Origin: an uncultured Gemmatimonadales bacterium
GTDB lineage: Bacteria; Gemmatimonadota; Gemmatimonadetes; Gemmatimonadales; GWC2-71-9
Direction of reading: 5' to 3'
Length of the DNA: 64,000 nt
Assembly (NCBI GenBank): GCA_963798915.1
Contig: CAWCVB010000002.1
Span: forward strand, 1-64,000
This document shows, one piece after another, positions 19,500 through 30,390 of the stretch. Within the stretch, counting starts at the first letter, position 1. Every line of letters starts with the position of its first letter. The position numbers were made by a program, and so were the translations under genes. The notes under the pieces are model-generated. The model did not search any database, was not told where the DNA came from, and saw only the letters and a list, made by a program, of their open reading frames with translations.

Positions 19500-19662
19500 A
19501 CGGCGCGCTCCGCTCGAGTTGACCGGCGGCATAGAGACGGTACCGGCTTCCCTCCGCCAGGGATTTCGGCACCAGGAGGCCGATTGCATCGTAGAAGCGG
19601 AGCGTCTTGATTGACAGCGCTGAACGCGCGGCGAACTCGCCAATGCGGTACAACTCGGGCAT
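19500..19662 (-). pseudogene. MerR-family regulator, N-terminal HTH fragment
   Basis: YRIGEFAARSALSIKTLRFYDAIGLL.P...YRLY, then unrelated-looking sequence. Confidence 0.7.
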
Positions 19663-19888
19663 CACACTGACCATCCTTCGAAACCGAGGTGTGATGTGTT
19701 CGTCATAATATCTCGGATCGAGACGCGGCTAGGCGGCCGATTATTGGATCAATCGCGCGGTCTCACGCCGGCCATCAGATCGGGAATCCGGCAGTCTTTC
19801 CGGAATAGTCCGCGACTGGTATAGTGTTTACTGGTTTAGGCTGCGGGCTTGCGATCGAATACTTGTGGGGCCTCCGAGAGACGTTACG

Positions 19889-20350
19889 ATGCGACCCTTG
19901 ATTCCTGTATTTGCGATCACAGCGCTCGTGGCCTGCGACGGGACTACGCCCTTGCTCGACGACACGCGCTGCGAACAGACCTACGAGTTCGGTAATCTTG
20001 GGTGCGCCGACGTCACCGGCACGGTGTTCGATGCCGACCATCATCCGCAGCCCGCCGCCTATGTACGTGCGCTTGGTCCCGCGGAATCCCTCTCGACCCG
20101 CGGGGTGGCCTCGGCAATGGTCGAGACGGCGCCGGATGGGACGTTCCGGCTGCGCGTACGCCAGGTCAGTGCAGCGTCGGACTTCATCGGACCGGATACG
20201 ATCACGGTCTGGATCGGCGCAGCCCGTCCACCCGCGACCAGCGATGCTCTTGGGCCATCGGATCAAGCGCTGGTCTTGCTGACAATTCGGCCGGTGGGGC
20301 AGCTTCCCGAAGTGGCTGCCGCGCCGGATTTGGTGCTGAGGGCGCCGTAA
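19889..20350 (+). CDS. Hypothetical lipoprotein (putative gene cassette)
   Basis: Signal peptide with LVAC lipobox; followed by an attC-like site. Confidence 0.7.
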   Translation: MRPLIPVFAITALVACDGTTPLLDDTRCEQTYEFGNLGCADVTGTVFDADHHPQPAAYVRALGPAESLSTRGVASAMVETAPDGTFRLRVRQVSAASDFIGPDTITVWIGAARPPATSDALGPSDQALVLLTIRPVGQLPEVAAAPDLVLRAP

Positions 20351-20360
20351 CCACTCGGAG

Positions 20361-20495
20361 GCCTCACCCGCGCTTGCAGCTGGCGGGGCGGCCGTCGGAC
20401 GGGATTCCGTGCGGCACTAGCCGCAGCCAGGCCGAGAATGAATCTTGTTTGCTGAGCGGGCCACCGCCCCGCAGCTGATTTGCCTTCCGTTAGAC
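20361..20495 (+). mobile_element. Integron attC site (degenerate R'')
   Basis: GCCTCAC...GTTAGAC ends; inner arms CAGCTG-G-CGGGGCGG / CCGCCCCGCAGCTG with one extrahelical base. Confidence 0.75.
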
Positions 20496-20553
20496 GGCAG
20501 CGCGCGAACGAACGGGGACGCCTGGACCACAGTACCCAGACCCGGAGGATGGC

Positions 20554-21075
20554 ATGAGAACGCCTGCTTGGTCGCTTCCGCTTCTCTCAGCCGTAATTCT
20601 CACGGCCTGCAGCCACTCCACGACCGATCAACTCGAGGCGAACAAAGCCTTGGTGCGCGAGTTCGCGTCGGTCGTCAATGCCGCAAACTGGGATGGCCTG
20701 GACACCCTGCTGACAGCGGACTTCCGCCGCCACAGCCAGGCAACCACCGAGATGCCGGAGTTGACATCCCGCGACGATTTCAAGCGATTGCAGCAGATGT
20801 TCCTGGTTGGTTTTCCTGACCAGCGGGTGACCCTCGAGATGTTGGTGGCGGAAGGGAACAAGGTCGCAGCATACGCGACGTACGCCGGCACCAACACCGG
20901 CCCGCTAGGCGATGTCCCTGCTACTGGCAAAACGGTAGAACTCAGGAACATCGGCATCTTTCGCATCGAGAGCGGCAGGATTGCGGAACTCTGGGTTGAG
21001 TGGGACAATGTCGCCATGCTGACGCAACTCGGTTTGTTCCCACCTCCAAGCCCTCCGGACGGCACGGGATCCTGA
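20554..21075 (+). CDS. SnoaL-like ester cyclase lipoprotein (gene cassette)
   Basis: LTAC lipobox; NKALVR, FPD, AEGNKV, GT.TG, PATGK, GRIAE.W motifs. Confidence 0.88.
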   Translation: MRTPAWSLPLLSAVILTACSHSTTDQLEANKALVREFASVVNAANWDGLDTLLTADFRRHSQATTEMPELTSRDDFKRLQQMFLVGFPDQRVTLEMLVAEGNKVAAYATYAGTNTGPLGDVPATGKTVELRNIGIFRIESGRIAELWVEWDNVAMLTQLGLFPPPSPPDGTGS

Positions 21076-21084
21076 GCAGCTGCC

Positions 21085-21189
21085 GCCTGACATGGAAATG
21101 GAGCCGGCAGGCCGCGGCGCAACTTGGTCTCGAAGCAATTGCGTATGGGCTCACGCCGCGGCTTGCAGCTCGTTCCCGGTCCGTAAGGC
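21085..21189 (+). mobile_element. Degenerate attC site
   Basis: GCCTGAC...GTAAGGC ends; inner arms GAGCCGGCAGGCCGCGGCG / CGCCGCGGCTTGCAGCTC. Confidence 0.65.
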
Positions 21190-21249
21190 TGACGGAGAAG
21201 TCATGAGTGTCACTCTGGCTGACCCGCGTTTGATGCATGCTGGCGTGCT

Positions 21250-21684
21250 TCACCGTGCGCCGCTCTCACCCTCGCTCGCGGCTCCCGCGTCCCGCGCGTA
21301 GGCCTCGGCAAACATGCGGAGGTCGGGGACGGCCACGTCCGACACCGCCCAGAATTCCATGTCATCATCGGTCCAGTGCAGTGTGTGATAACCTCGCTCG
21401 GTGACGATCGCGGAAGCGGCCGCTAATGATCCCGCCTGCGACGCGGGCCAGGTGAAGACATTGATGAGGTGCTGACGTCGCCCATACACCAAGGCAGCCA
21501 CCGGACGATTGCCCACCGTGTCCACCCTTCCACCAAGCAGCGGGAATCCGAGGGAATCGAGCAGGGGGACGTCGGGCGAGAAGTCCACGCGCCCGTTGAA
21601 CCACGGCTTTACCGTGTGCTGGTCACTGGATGCCACCTCGATGGTCCGGCCGCTCATCAATGACCCGATGTGGCGCTGCACCAT
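21250..21684 (-). pseudogene. Anti-sigma factor, C-terminal (periplasmic) part only
   Basis: VASSDQHTVKPWFNGRVDFSP...LLGGR...AALVY.RR.H.IN; no zinc finger/TM region and no sigma gene. Confidence 0.75.
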
Positions 21685-21753
21685 TTGGTGTGCGAAGCTC
21701 GCACCGCCGGGGTCGCGTGGCGTCCTGTAGGGCGCAAGGGGCGCCCTCCCGCG

Positions 21754-24297
21754 TCACCGGGCCAGCCAGTACGACATCTTGATCAGGAAGGTGTTGTTGG
21801 CCCGCTGGTCGAAGAGGTCGCCAAAGTTCTGGCCGAACGACCGGTTCCCTTCGAGCGGCAGCGAGTTCTGCCGTCCCTGGCTCCAGACCAGGAAGAGGGT
21901 GGAGCCGGCGCGGTATTCCCAGCGGAAGACCACGTTGGAGCGGAACTGCTGGAAATTGAAGCCCCCCGGATCGGCGCTCACGGCCGGATCTGCATAGGGC
22001 TGGTAGCGATCGTTGTAATCTCCCGCCCGCGGATTGCCGATTTCCCGGATGTCCGAGTAGGTGCCCTTGGAGATGAAGGGCGAGGCATACACCTGCAACG
22101 ATGCATTCGGCGTGAAGGTGTAGTCCAGCCGCCAGGTCAGGCTCAGCGTCTTCTGCGACAGGTGCGCAAAGGTGTAGTGCGAGTCACCGGCGTCATCGGC
22201 AAAGGTGCCGAAGTACTGGTTGTCATCCCGGTTCCGCTCCCACTCGGCGCTCAGCGAGGTGGTGAACCGGGTCGACAGCTTGTAGTCCAGCTCCGGCTGC
22301 AGGCTGATGGATTCCGACCGGCCGCCATCGCCCCGGTAATAGTTCATCCAGAACGACGGCACCAATGCATTGCGGTCGTCGCCCTCGATACCCATCCACG
22401 GTGCGATGTACGCATCCTGCCGGATGGCGGGGCCACCCCGGGCGCACCGGTCGCAGAAGGTCGAGCCGAGCTGGCCCAGCGTACCGCCGGCGTGGAGCCA
22501 CCACCGGTTGGTGAACTGGATATGGGTGTTGGTGTTGAATGCCCGTTCGGTGGGCAGGCCGGACACGGTCCAGTACTCCCAGTTATTGAAGTTCCAGCGC
22601 AGCTGCTGGAAGACCTTGTTGGGTGTGCGGAAGGCTAGCGCTGCCCAGGTGGTCCACTGCTGCTGATCGGCCTGCCGGAGGAAGCCCACGTCGTTGACAT
22701 CGAACCCGGCGGTGCGGCGCTGGTACGCCGTCTCGAACTGCAGCCGCCGCCCGCCCACCTTGGCAAACCGCAACTCCATGTTGGTGCCGGCCAGCGAGGT
22801 CCTGGTCGAATCGAAGTCCAGTGGTCCGTCGGGCCGCTGGTACAGATGGACCGAACTGCGCTGGGTCCGGGCAATGGCCTCGGGCGCACCCGCTACTCGG
22901 CTCACGTCGAACGAGGCAGACACCTCGAAGGGGCCGGAGAAGCGGCGCCGCGCGTCCAGCGCCGCGCTGTACGCGTTGCGGTGCAGGTACGGCTCGCTCG
23001 ACGCATCCAGCCGCCGGTTCACGCCGGTCACCATGAAGCCGACGCTCCCGTTGCCACCAGCATAATCCTGATTGCCGCGCACCACGGCGTAATTGGTGGT
23101 CGGCTCGAGCGTGGTACTGCCCGGCCCCGTCACGTTATCGGTGACCGCGTCGAGCACGCCGACCGAGAAGCCGCCGGGCATGCGCCCCGTTGCCTTCGCT
23201 GCACCCAGGATCCTGGTGGATGTCGCCGACGATTCGTCACCGTACACGCCGCTGAGCTGGGGCGAGCGGCCAATGCGCCGGGAGTAGAAGAGCCCTTCCC
23301 CAGTGTTGCAGTCCACCACGATGACGCAGTTCACCGGAAACTCGAACAATCCCCGCCCTTCCACGAAGAAGGGACGCCGTTCCCGGAAGAAAGTCTCGAA
23401 CGCGCCGAGGTTGAGGACCGACGGGTCGGCTTCGACCTGGCCGAAGTCGGGATTGACTGTGGCGTTGAGGAGCAGGTTGGACGCGAGCCGGTACTTGAGG
23501 TCGCCACCGACGGTGAACTTCTGGTCACGCGCGTAGTCGGTGGACGGCGGGCCCTGCACGTTCTTGGTCAGCACATACGGCGTGAGTTCCGCGTGCCCCG
23601 GGCTGGCGAGGCCGCTGAGCCCTGTCAGGTCTCCAAACTGCGAGGAGAAGCCGGCCTTGGACTGGTGATACAGCGGCCAGGTCACGACCTCGGTATAGCG
23701 CTGAATATTGCGCCAGACGAGGACGCCGAAGGTGTTCTGTTCACGCGGCGTGTAATGCAGCTGCGACAGGGGAATCCGGTATTCCGCCGTCCAGCCAAGC
23801 GAATCGATGCTGGTGGCGACATCCCACACCGCGTCCCAGGCCCCATCTTCGTTGCCGTCGTTGTAGATCGCGTAGTCCGCCTTCACGCCAGCCGGATTGA
23901 CCACAAATTCGAAACCGGTGCGCCGGTCATGATAGGAGTCGAGCAGGAGAATGACCTGATCGGACGCGGTCTGGTTGTCCCGGCGCGACAGCAGCGCAAC
24001 AATGCTGTCGGGATGAGGATCGAAGGCGCGAACGAAGGCGTAGATGTTGTGCGCATCGTAGGCCAGCCGGACCGAGGTCCGCAGCTTGGGATCAGCCCCT
24101 TCGCTGGGCCGGGCCTCGAGAAAACCGTCCACCTCAGGAGCGGTCTGCCAGATGGCGTCATCATCCCGGCCGTCCAGCATCGGCGGAGTCTGGGCCCGCG
24201 TGGCCTGAACCGACGCGGTGCTTCCGGCCGGCAATGAGGGCTGAGTCGTCGCCACCTGCGCCTGGAGCGCCAGCAGCATGCCAAAGAGTGCCGTCAC
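21754..24297 (-). CDS. DUF5916 protein with N-terminal CBM9-like domain (probable outer-membrane protein)
   Basis: LDG..DD..W, F.VNP.GV, TVNPDFGQVEAD, F.ERRPFF.EG, FYSRRIG; C-terminal KMSYW. Confidence 0.88.
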   Translation of the reverse strand: MTALFGMLLALQAQVATTQPSLPAGSTASVQATRAQTPPMLDGRDDDAIWQTAPEVDGFLEARPSEGADPKLRTSVRLAYDAHNIYAFVRAFDPHPDSIVALLSRRDNQTASDQVILLLDSYHDRRTGFEFVVNPAGVKADYAIYNDGNEDGAWDAVWDVATSIDSLGWTAEYRIPLSQLHYTPREQNTFGVLVWRNIQRYTEVVTWPLYHQSKAGFSSQFGDLTGLSGLASPGHAELTPYVLTKNVQGPPSTDYARDQKFTVGGDLKYRLASNLLLNATVNPDFGQVEADPSVLNLGAFETFFRERRPFFVEGRGLFEFPVNCVIVVDCNTGEGLFYSRRIGRSPQLSGVYGDESSATSTRILGAAKATGRMPGGFSVGVLDAVTDNVTGPGSTTLEPTTNYAVVRGNQDYAGGNGSVGFMVTGVNRRLDASSEPYLHRNAYSAALDARRRFSGPFEVSASFDVSRVAGAPEAIARTQRSSVHLYQRPDGPLDFDSTRTSLAGTNMELRFAKVGGRRLQFETAYQRRTAGFDVNDVGFLRQADQQQWTTWAALAFRTPNKVFQQLRWNFNNWEYWTVSGLPTERAFNTNTHIQFTNRWWLHAGGTLGQLGSTFCDRCARGGPAIRQDAYIAPWMGIEGDDRNALVPSFWMNYYRGDGGRSESISLQPELDYKLSTRFTTSLSAEWERNRDDNQYFGTFADDAGDSHYTFAHLSQKTLSLTWRLDYTFTPNASLQVYASPFISKGTYSDIREIGNPRAGDYNDRYQPYADPAVSADPGGFNFQQFRSNVVFRWEYRAGSTLFLVWSQGRQNSLPLEGNRSFGQNFGDLFDQRANNTFLIKMSYWLAR

Positions 24298-24495
24298 ACG
24301 AACTCCAACGAAGAGGTACCAAACTTGGACGGACCAAATGCGCAAAAGGTTGCGATGCGGATCACGGGAACGGCCTCGGCCGCGGCGGCGTGGTCGCCGC
24401 GAGGGCGGTCGTGGTGGGCGGTTCCGAGCACAGGGCGACGAAGCCCGCAAAGCTGAGTCCGGTGAGGCGCAGCATCCCTGCTCCATGTTGAGTGT

Positions 24496-24511
24496 TGCTG
24501 ATTTTTCAGCA
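24496..24511. promoter_or_regulatory. Putative BlaI-family operator upstream of the DUF5916 gene
   Basis: Perfect palindrome TGCTGA-TTTT-TCAGCA matching the site at 28315-28330. Confidence 0.6.
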
Positions 24512-24582
24512 TATCAGGGCCAAGAGCGGGCGGCTGGATCAGCCGCCCGGGTTGAGTCTCGCATGCTGCCTGCGCTACGAGT

Positions 24583-25842
24583 CTACTGGTCCTCGAGTTC
24601 CGCCAGCGCTTCCACCGCTGCCCGCCGCACGTCGGGATCACTGTCCTCCGTGGCGCGGGTGATCGCGGCCTTGGCCTCACGCGCATTCATCTCGCCCAGT
24701 GCGTGAATGACATCACGACGGATCTCAGGATCAGCGTCTGACACCAGCGGCAGCAGCGCCGCTGCACTGGCAGGATCCTCGATATTTTCCAGCGCCGAGA
24801 CCGCTGCCTTCCGCAATTGCGGGTCGGGAGACGCGGCCGCCCGCATGAGTTCTGGCGGGGCATGCTCGAGGTCGTCGAGATCGCCGATTGCCGATGCCGC
24901 TGCCACCGAGAGCTCGATGTCGCTGCCGGCGAGCACACGCGCCAGGACCGGCGCCGATCGCGCCGCCTCGATGTCGCCGAGCGCCTCGATGGCCTGCAAC
25001 CGGACGCGGCGATCAGACTCCTCATTCACGACCCGCTCCAGCGCGGGAGCCGCCTCCACACTTTCGATATCACCCAACGCATCCGCCGCAGCCCAGCGGA
25101 CCATGACTTCCCGATCACGGAGCAAGGGCAGGAGCGAGGGTACGGCACGGGGATCCTCGATTGTCCCGAGAGCCCATGCCGCCGTCATCCGCACTCGCGG
25201 TGATGCGTGCCCAAGTACGCGCTCGAGGGCGTCGACGGAACCACGGTCCTCCAGTTCGCCCAAAGCCCACGCAGCCATGGCAACGTCGGCGACCCCATCC
25301 GCACCAAGCATGCGTTCCACGCGGGGCCGAAGCTGAGGACGGTCATGGGTGCCGATGGCCAGGAGCGCTGCCTCGCGCACCCGGGCAGATGAATCGTCCA
25401 GCAGCCGCTCGAGCACATTGTCCGCCGCCGTGGAACGGCCCAGCATCTTGGCCGCGGTCCGCCGAACGCAGGGGTCATCGCTGGACAACTGCGCCAGGAG
25501 GTGGCGAATCGCTCCCGGATCGCTCACACGGCCCGACACGGAGTCCTTGGCGGCCCGCGTGGCGGACCGCACATCGCTCAGTTCTCCCAGGCCCCAGTCG
25601 CCACCGTTGTTCCAGAAGTTGCCGATCTGGTCGCTCAGCATCTCGCAGGCAACCGGGTCGGTGCGGGACATGGCATCGAGCAGAATCGCCACGCGGGCCG
25701 AATCCGGGCCGGGGCGTTCGTCATCCCAGCTACCGGATGCGTGAGCGCGGACGGACATCTCGGAACCGGTGGATGTCAGCATCGTGGCCGCGGCTGATCC
25801 AGCGCCGAGCACCCCGACGGCCAGCAGGATGGCTTTCATCAC
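24583..25842 (-). CDS. Secreted HEAT-repeat protein
   Basis: Signal peptide; many VR..AA.ALG repeats. Confidence 0.9.
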   Translation of the reverse strand: MMKAILLAVGVLGAGSAAATMLTSTGSEMSVRAHASGSWDDERPGPDSARVAILLDAMSRTDPVACEMLSDQIGNFWNNGGDWGLGELSDVRSATRAAKDSVSGRVSDPGAIRHLLAQLSSDDPCVRRTAAKMLGRSTAADNVLERLLDDSSARVREAALLAIGTHDRPQLRPRVERMLGADGVADVAMAAWALGELEDRGSVDALERVLGHASPRVRMTAAWALGTIEDPRAVPSLLPLLRDREVMVRWAAADALGDIESVEAAPALERVVNEESDRRVRLQAIEALGDIEAARSAPVLARVLAGSDIELSVAAASAIGDLDDLEHAPPELMRAAASPDPQLRKAAVSALENIEDPASAAALLPLVSDADPEIRRDVIHALGEMNAREAKAAITRATEDSDPDVRRAAVEALAELEDQ

Positions 25843-27864
25843 TGTTTGCCTTCTTCGCCGAAGTAGTCGACAGCGATTCGACGCACCTTGGAATCACTGT
25901 GGTTGAGTGCCCGGCGAAGGGCTGCGTGGCTCTCGGGGCTTCGGATTTCGGTGAGCGCCTGGGCCGCGGCCTCCCGGACATCGCCACTGGAATCGTCGAG
26001 CAGGCTGATGAGCTGCGGTGTCATCGTCACCACCCGACGCTCCTCGATGAACTGCACCGTGGCCTGCCGAACATCGGCGTGCTGGTCCCGCACGAGCTTG
26101 TCGAGCGTCGCATCAGGCACGGTGCCCCCCAGTTCGGCAAGCGCCTGAATCGCCTCCTGCCGCACATCGGGCGCCGGGTCGTTCAGCGCCGGGAGAATCG
26201 CTGCCGCACTCGAAGGGTCGCCGAACTCCTCCAGCGTTGAAATGGCCCTCTGTCGCACATCCGCATTCGGATCGGCTACCAGCTTGGTGATGGCCTGAAG
26301 CGATCCCTTCGCATGCATGTTGGACAGGATGTCGATCGCGCGCTCTCGCATGTTGGCGTTGTCCGCCGTCAGCATGCGACGTATCGGCGCTTCCGGCACG
26401 CCGCGCTCGAACTCCGACAGGGCATCGAGCACGGCCTCCTGAACCTTGGGCTGCGAATCATCAAGGGCGCGCACCAGGTCTGGAATCGCCATGGGATCGC
26501 CGATCCGGCCGAGCGCGTGCGCCGCGGCTTCGCGGACCTCGGGATCTTCGTCCCGAAGCCGCGCCATCAATGCCCGCACTACGGCAGAATCGGCGATTTT
26601 TGCCAGGTTCTTGCCATCCTTCCCGAACTGCAACTGGATCGCCATGTCCGTTCGGGTCGACACATCAGTGCTGATACTGGAAGCAGTGTGGCTGTTCGTA
26701 CGGACGTTCGCGGTTGCTTTCGGATCCGGATTGGCTGCTTGGTCCGGCCGCGGCTCCGGCGTGGGATTCGCCACCGGCGCGGAAGCGGTGTCCTGCACCA
26801 CCTGACGCTGATCAGTCGCCTGCTGGCCGACGGCCGACGACGGTCTTGCGACCGGCGTCGCTGCGCCAATCAAGAGTGCCAGACCGGCGAGCGCCATGGC
26901 GTAGGATGCGGTGCCGGCACGGCTTGGGGCCCGGCGAGGCAGTTCAGGATTCAGGATGGCGAGCATGCGTCCCTCGAATTCCTTCCGGTGCGCCATGGCC
27001 AGTGCGACCCACGGCGTGTTGTGATTCCGTACGCAGGTGACGATATCGAGCAGGTGCTCGGCGTAGTCGCTGGGCCGGGCGCCGAATGTGAGCGCCAAGT
27101 CATCGCAGGCCTGCTCACTCTCGGCGCGCAAACGCCGGGCGGCGGTCCACACCAGGGGGTGGAACCAGTAGAGCGCGCAGGCAATGCGGCCCAGGGTGTG
27201 ACCAATGAGGTCGCGCCGGCGCACGTGACCAAGCTCGTGCACCAGCACTGCGCTCCGGCGGTCGGCGCTCCAGGATTCGCTTTCGACCGGCAGGACGATG
27301 GTGGAGGAAAAGAGCCCGGCCGCAAACGGCATCTTGACGTCGCTGCTCTGCAGCAGCTGCGGCGCTTCCTCCAACCCGAGCCGGTCGGCAATCTCGTAGA
27401 GCGGCGTCTGCCAGGCGGCATCATCGAGCCGGCGAGCGCGGCGCACGATCCGCCGAACCGACCAGGCTCCGAAGAGGAGGCGACCGGCAAGCACCAGGGC
27501 AATGGTTGCCCAGGCAGTGAACAGGATCGGCGCGATGGGCACACTGGTCGGAGCGGACGTGTCAGGTAGATGCTGCTTGCGAGTGCACCGAAGGAGCCGG
27601 CTGGGCGGGTGGCGCCACCAGCGGTGTCTGGAGCTTCTGCTCGGTCGAAGGCGGAGCGGAGGCCACCGGCGCTTCCGGAAGCACTGGAAGTTCCAGTGGC
27701 GCCCAGAGGGCCAGCGGCGGCAGGATGAGCAGGGCGCCGAGGGAGAGCAGCCAGATCAGATGGCGGGAGCCGGCCGAGGCCCGCTGCATGGCCAGCGTGG
27801 CGCCGAGTGCGACCAGCAGCACGCAGGTGATCTTGAGCAGCAAAAGCAGGAGTGACAGTCCCAT
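25839..27864 (-). CDS. BlaR1-like M56 metallopeptidase with C-terminal HEAT repeats (frameshift near 27560)
   Basis: HELGHVRRRD, YWFHPLVW, ESEQACDD; N-terminal 100 aa in a separate frame. Confidence 0.88.
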
Positions 27865-27872
27865 CGTATCCT

Positions 27873-28265
27873 CTATTTCTCGCTCAGGCGGGCCCGGCGA
27901 ATCTTCTGCCGCAAGCGGGCGATTTCGGCATCATCCACGTCGGTATCCGACAGCCGGAGCAGCGCGGTCACGGCCTGCTCGGGAGAGCCGGCGAAATAAG
28001 TGCGGACCACATGTGCCAGTACGTCGTCGCCGGCCTTGTCGGTGGGCTTGGCGGGGAAGTAGACGTAGCGGGGGCCGTCTTCACGATGAGTGATCAGCTT
28101 CTTCTCCCCGAGGATGCGCAGGATGGAGCGCACCGCCGAGTACGTCGGCGGATCGGGCATGGCCTGCATGATCTCCGCGACGGTCGAGTCGCCGTGACGA
28201 TGCAGGATGTCCATGACCTGTCGCTCGCGGCGGCTGAGGTCGGCCACTGGGGTGCGCGGTGCCAT
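27873..28265 (-). CDS. BlaI/MecI/CopY-family repressor
   Basis: LSRRERQVMDIL...YSAVRSILRIL.EK...DGPRYVY. Confidence 0.92.
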   Translation of the reverse strand: MAPRTPVADLSRRERQVMDILHRHGDSTVAEIMQAMPDPPTYSAVRSILRILGEKKLITHREDGPRYVYFPAKPTDKAGDDVLAHVVRTYFAGSPEQAVTALLRLSDTDVDDAEIARLRQKIRRARLSEK

Positions 28266-28314
28266 ACCTTCTCCCGGATTCGGTGTTCCGGCGCCGAACG
28301 TGACGCCAGTCTTG

Positions 28315-28348
28315 TGCTGATATTTCAACACCGTCCCGGAATTGTCAA
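28315..28348 (-). promoter_or_regulatory. blaI-like promoter (-35 TTGACA) overlapping the operator
   Basis: TTGACA at 28348-28343 on the minus strand; TGCTGA-TATT-TCAACA at 28315-28330. Confidence 0.65.
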
Positions 28349-28525
28349 GACCCCGCTTTCCATGCTCCCATCATGGAATGGTGCATCTCAAACAGAGACA
28401 ACGACTTGCAGGCAGCGACGGCGGCGGACCCAGCTGGCCGCCTGGCGGGCGGGCCGACCGAATCCAAGAACCGATGGCCGGTCCGGCGCGTATATATGGT
28501 GAACGAAGACGAACACGGAGATCGC

Positions 28526-29092
28526 ATGTCCAAGCAAATGGCACTCCTGGCACTCTGTGCCGGGCTCATGCTCCCCGCCTGCCGGGCCCAGGCGCAGGGC
28601 AATACGAAGACACACGAGGGAACCATGTCTGACACCGCAGCCCCGACCACCACCAAGCCAACCGACGCCGAACTGCGCCAGCGGCTGACGCCGGCCCAGT
28701 ACGAGGTGACCCAGCACGACGCAACCGAACGGCCGTTCCAGAACGCCTACTGGAACAACCACGAAGCCGGGATCTATGTGGATGTCGTCTCGGGAGAGGC
28801 GTTGTTCAGTTCGCTGGACAAATATGAGTCAGGCACCGGCTGGCCCAGCTTCACGAAGCCGCTGGAGCCTTCCAACATCAAGCGGCGGGAGGATCACAAA
28901 CTGCTCCAGGACCGGATCGAGATTCGCTCAGCCCACGCCGATTCGCACCTGGGTCACGTCTTCAATGACGGGCCAGACCCGACCGGCCTCCGCTACTGCA
29001 TGAACTCCGCTGCGCTCCGGTTCATTCCGGTGTCGCGGCTCAAGGAAGAGGGCTACGGAAAGTACCTGGCGCTCTTTGAGGGGGAAAAATGA
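28526..29092 (+). CDS. msrB: Peptide-methionine (R)-S-oxide reductase with signal/lipoprotein leader
   Basis: [26 protein letters not shown]. Confidence 0.95.
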   Translation: MSKQMALLALCAGLMLPACRAQAQGNTKTHEGTMSDTAAPTTTKPTDAELRQRLTPAQYEVTQHDATERPFQNAYWNNHEAGIYVDVVSGEALFSSLDKYESGTGWPSFTKPLEPSNIKRREDHKLLQDRIEIRSAHADSHLGHVFNDGPDPTGLRYCMNSAALRFIPVSRLKEEGYGKYLALFEGEK

Positions 29093-29766
29093 GGGCGGGA
29101 TGGGCGGGATGGGCGGGATGGGCGGGCATGGTGCTTGGCGTAATGGTCGCGGCACCGGCATCCGCCATGCCGGCACCGGCGAGCGCTCCGGACACCCAGG
29201 TCGCGGTGTTCTCGGGCGGCTGCTTCTGGGGTGTGCAGGCGGTGTTCGAGCACGTGAAGGGTGTGATCCGGGCGGAGTCGGGCTACACCGGCGGTGAGGC
29301 GACCACGGCTGACTACGGGACGGTGAGCGGAGGAAACACCGGGCATGCGGAGTCGGTGCGGGTGGTATTCGACCCGGCACAGGTGAGCTACGGCCAACTG
29401 CTGGCGGTGTTCTTCACGGTGGTCCATGACCCGACCCAGCTCAACCGCCAGGGGCCGGACCGTGGCACGCAATACCGGTCGGCCATCTGGTACACCACGG
29501 CGGCGCAGCGGCAGGCGGCCGAGCAGTACATCGGCCGGCTGGAGAAGAGCGGCACCGTGGGCAAGCCGATCGTGACCACGGTCAAGCCGCTGGACGGCTT
29601 CTATCCAGCCGAGGCGTACCACCAGGACTATTACGTTCGACACCCCGACGCGCCGTACATCGTCTACAACGATGTGCCAAAGGTGCAAGCATTGCAGCAG
29701 CAGTTTCCCGCCCTCTGGCGCGACCAGCCGGTGCTGCTGGCGGCCTCTCGCCAGGGCAGGGACTGA
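29089..29766 (+). CDS. msrA: Peptide-methionine (S)-S-oxide reductase, exported
   Basis: [36 protein letters not shown]; start may be ATG 29128. Confidence 0.95.
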   Translation: MRAGWAGWAGWAGMVLGVMVAAPASAMPAPASAPDTQVAVFSGGCFWGVQAVFEHVKGVIRAESGYTGGEATTADYGTVSGGNTGHAESVRVVFDPAQVSYGQLLAVFFTVVHDPTQLNRQGPDRGTQYRSAIWYTTAAQRQAAEQYIGRLEKSGTVGKPIVTTVKPLDGFYPAEAYHQDYYVRHPDAPYIVYNDVPKVQALQQQFPALWRDQPVLLAASRQGRD

Positions 29767-29856
29767 CACCGCTCGTCCCGCACGTGTAACCTGCCTGCCT
29801 CGCCCTGCGTCCGCCTTCTTACGGCTATAATATCGATTCCCGCTGAGGAGGCAGTC

Positions 29857-30378
29857 ATGTTGATCCGATACCGCCTGGTCTTCTGCCTGGTGCTTGCGGC
29901 CGCGCCCGCGGCATTGCAGGCCCAGGCGGCCCCACCCACGTGTGACGCCCCCGAATACCGGCAGTTTGATTTCTGGGTTGGCGACTGGGATGTAAACCAG
30001 AAACAGACCACGACCCGGATCGGAACCAACAACGTGACCCGCGAGGAGCAGGGCTGCCTGGTGCACGAGCACTGGGCCGGCCTGCGGGGCGGCACCGGCC
30101 AGAGCTTCAATTATTATGACCGGCAGGACGGCAAGTGGCACCAGGTCTGGGTTTCCAGTTCCGGCAACATCCTGGTGCTGAGCGGAGGCCTCAAGGACGG
30201 CGCCATGGATTACACCGGCGAAACCACGGCGCCGGACGGCACTCGACTGACGCACCATCTCACCTTCACGCCCAACGATGATGGCAGCGTGCGCCAGTAT
30301 TGGCAGGTTTCATCCGACGGCGGCAAGACCTGGAACGACAGTTTTGATGCGACCTACCACCGGAAGTCTCCTGACTGA
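29857..30378 (+). CDS. Secreted hypothetical protein
   Basis: Signal peptide; C..PEYRQFDFWVGDWDV motif; GAGGAG SD. Confidence 0.8.
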   Translation: MLIRYRLVFCLVLAAAPAALQAQAAPPTCDAPEYRQFDFWVGDWDVNQKQTTTRIGTNNVTREEQGCLVHEHWAGLRGGTGQSFNYYDRQDGKWHQVWVSSSGNILVLSGGLKDGAMDYTGETTAPDGTRLTHHLTFTPNDDGSVRQYWQVSSDGGKTWNDSFDATYHRKSPD

Positions 30379-30390
30379 ATCTGGACGGCC

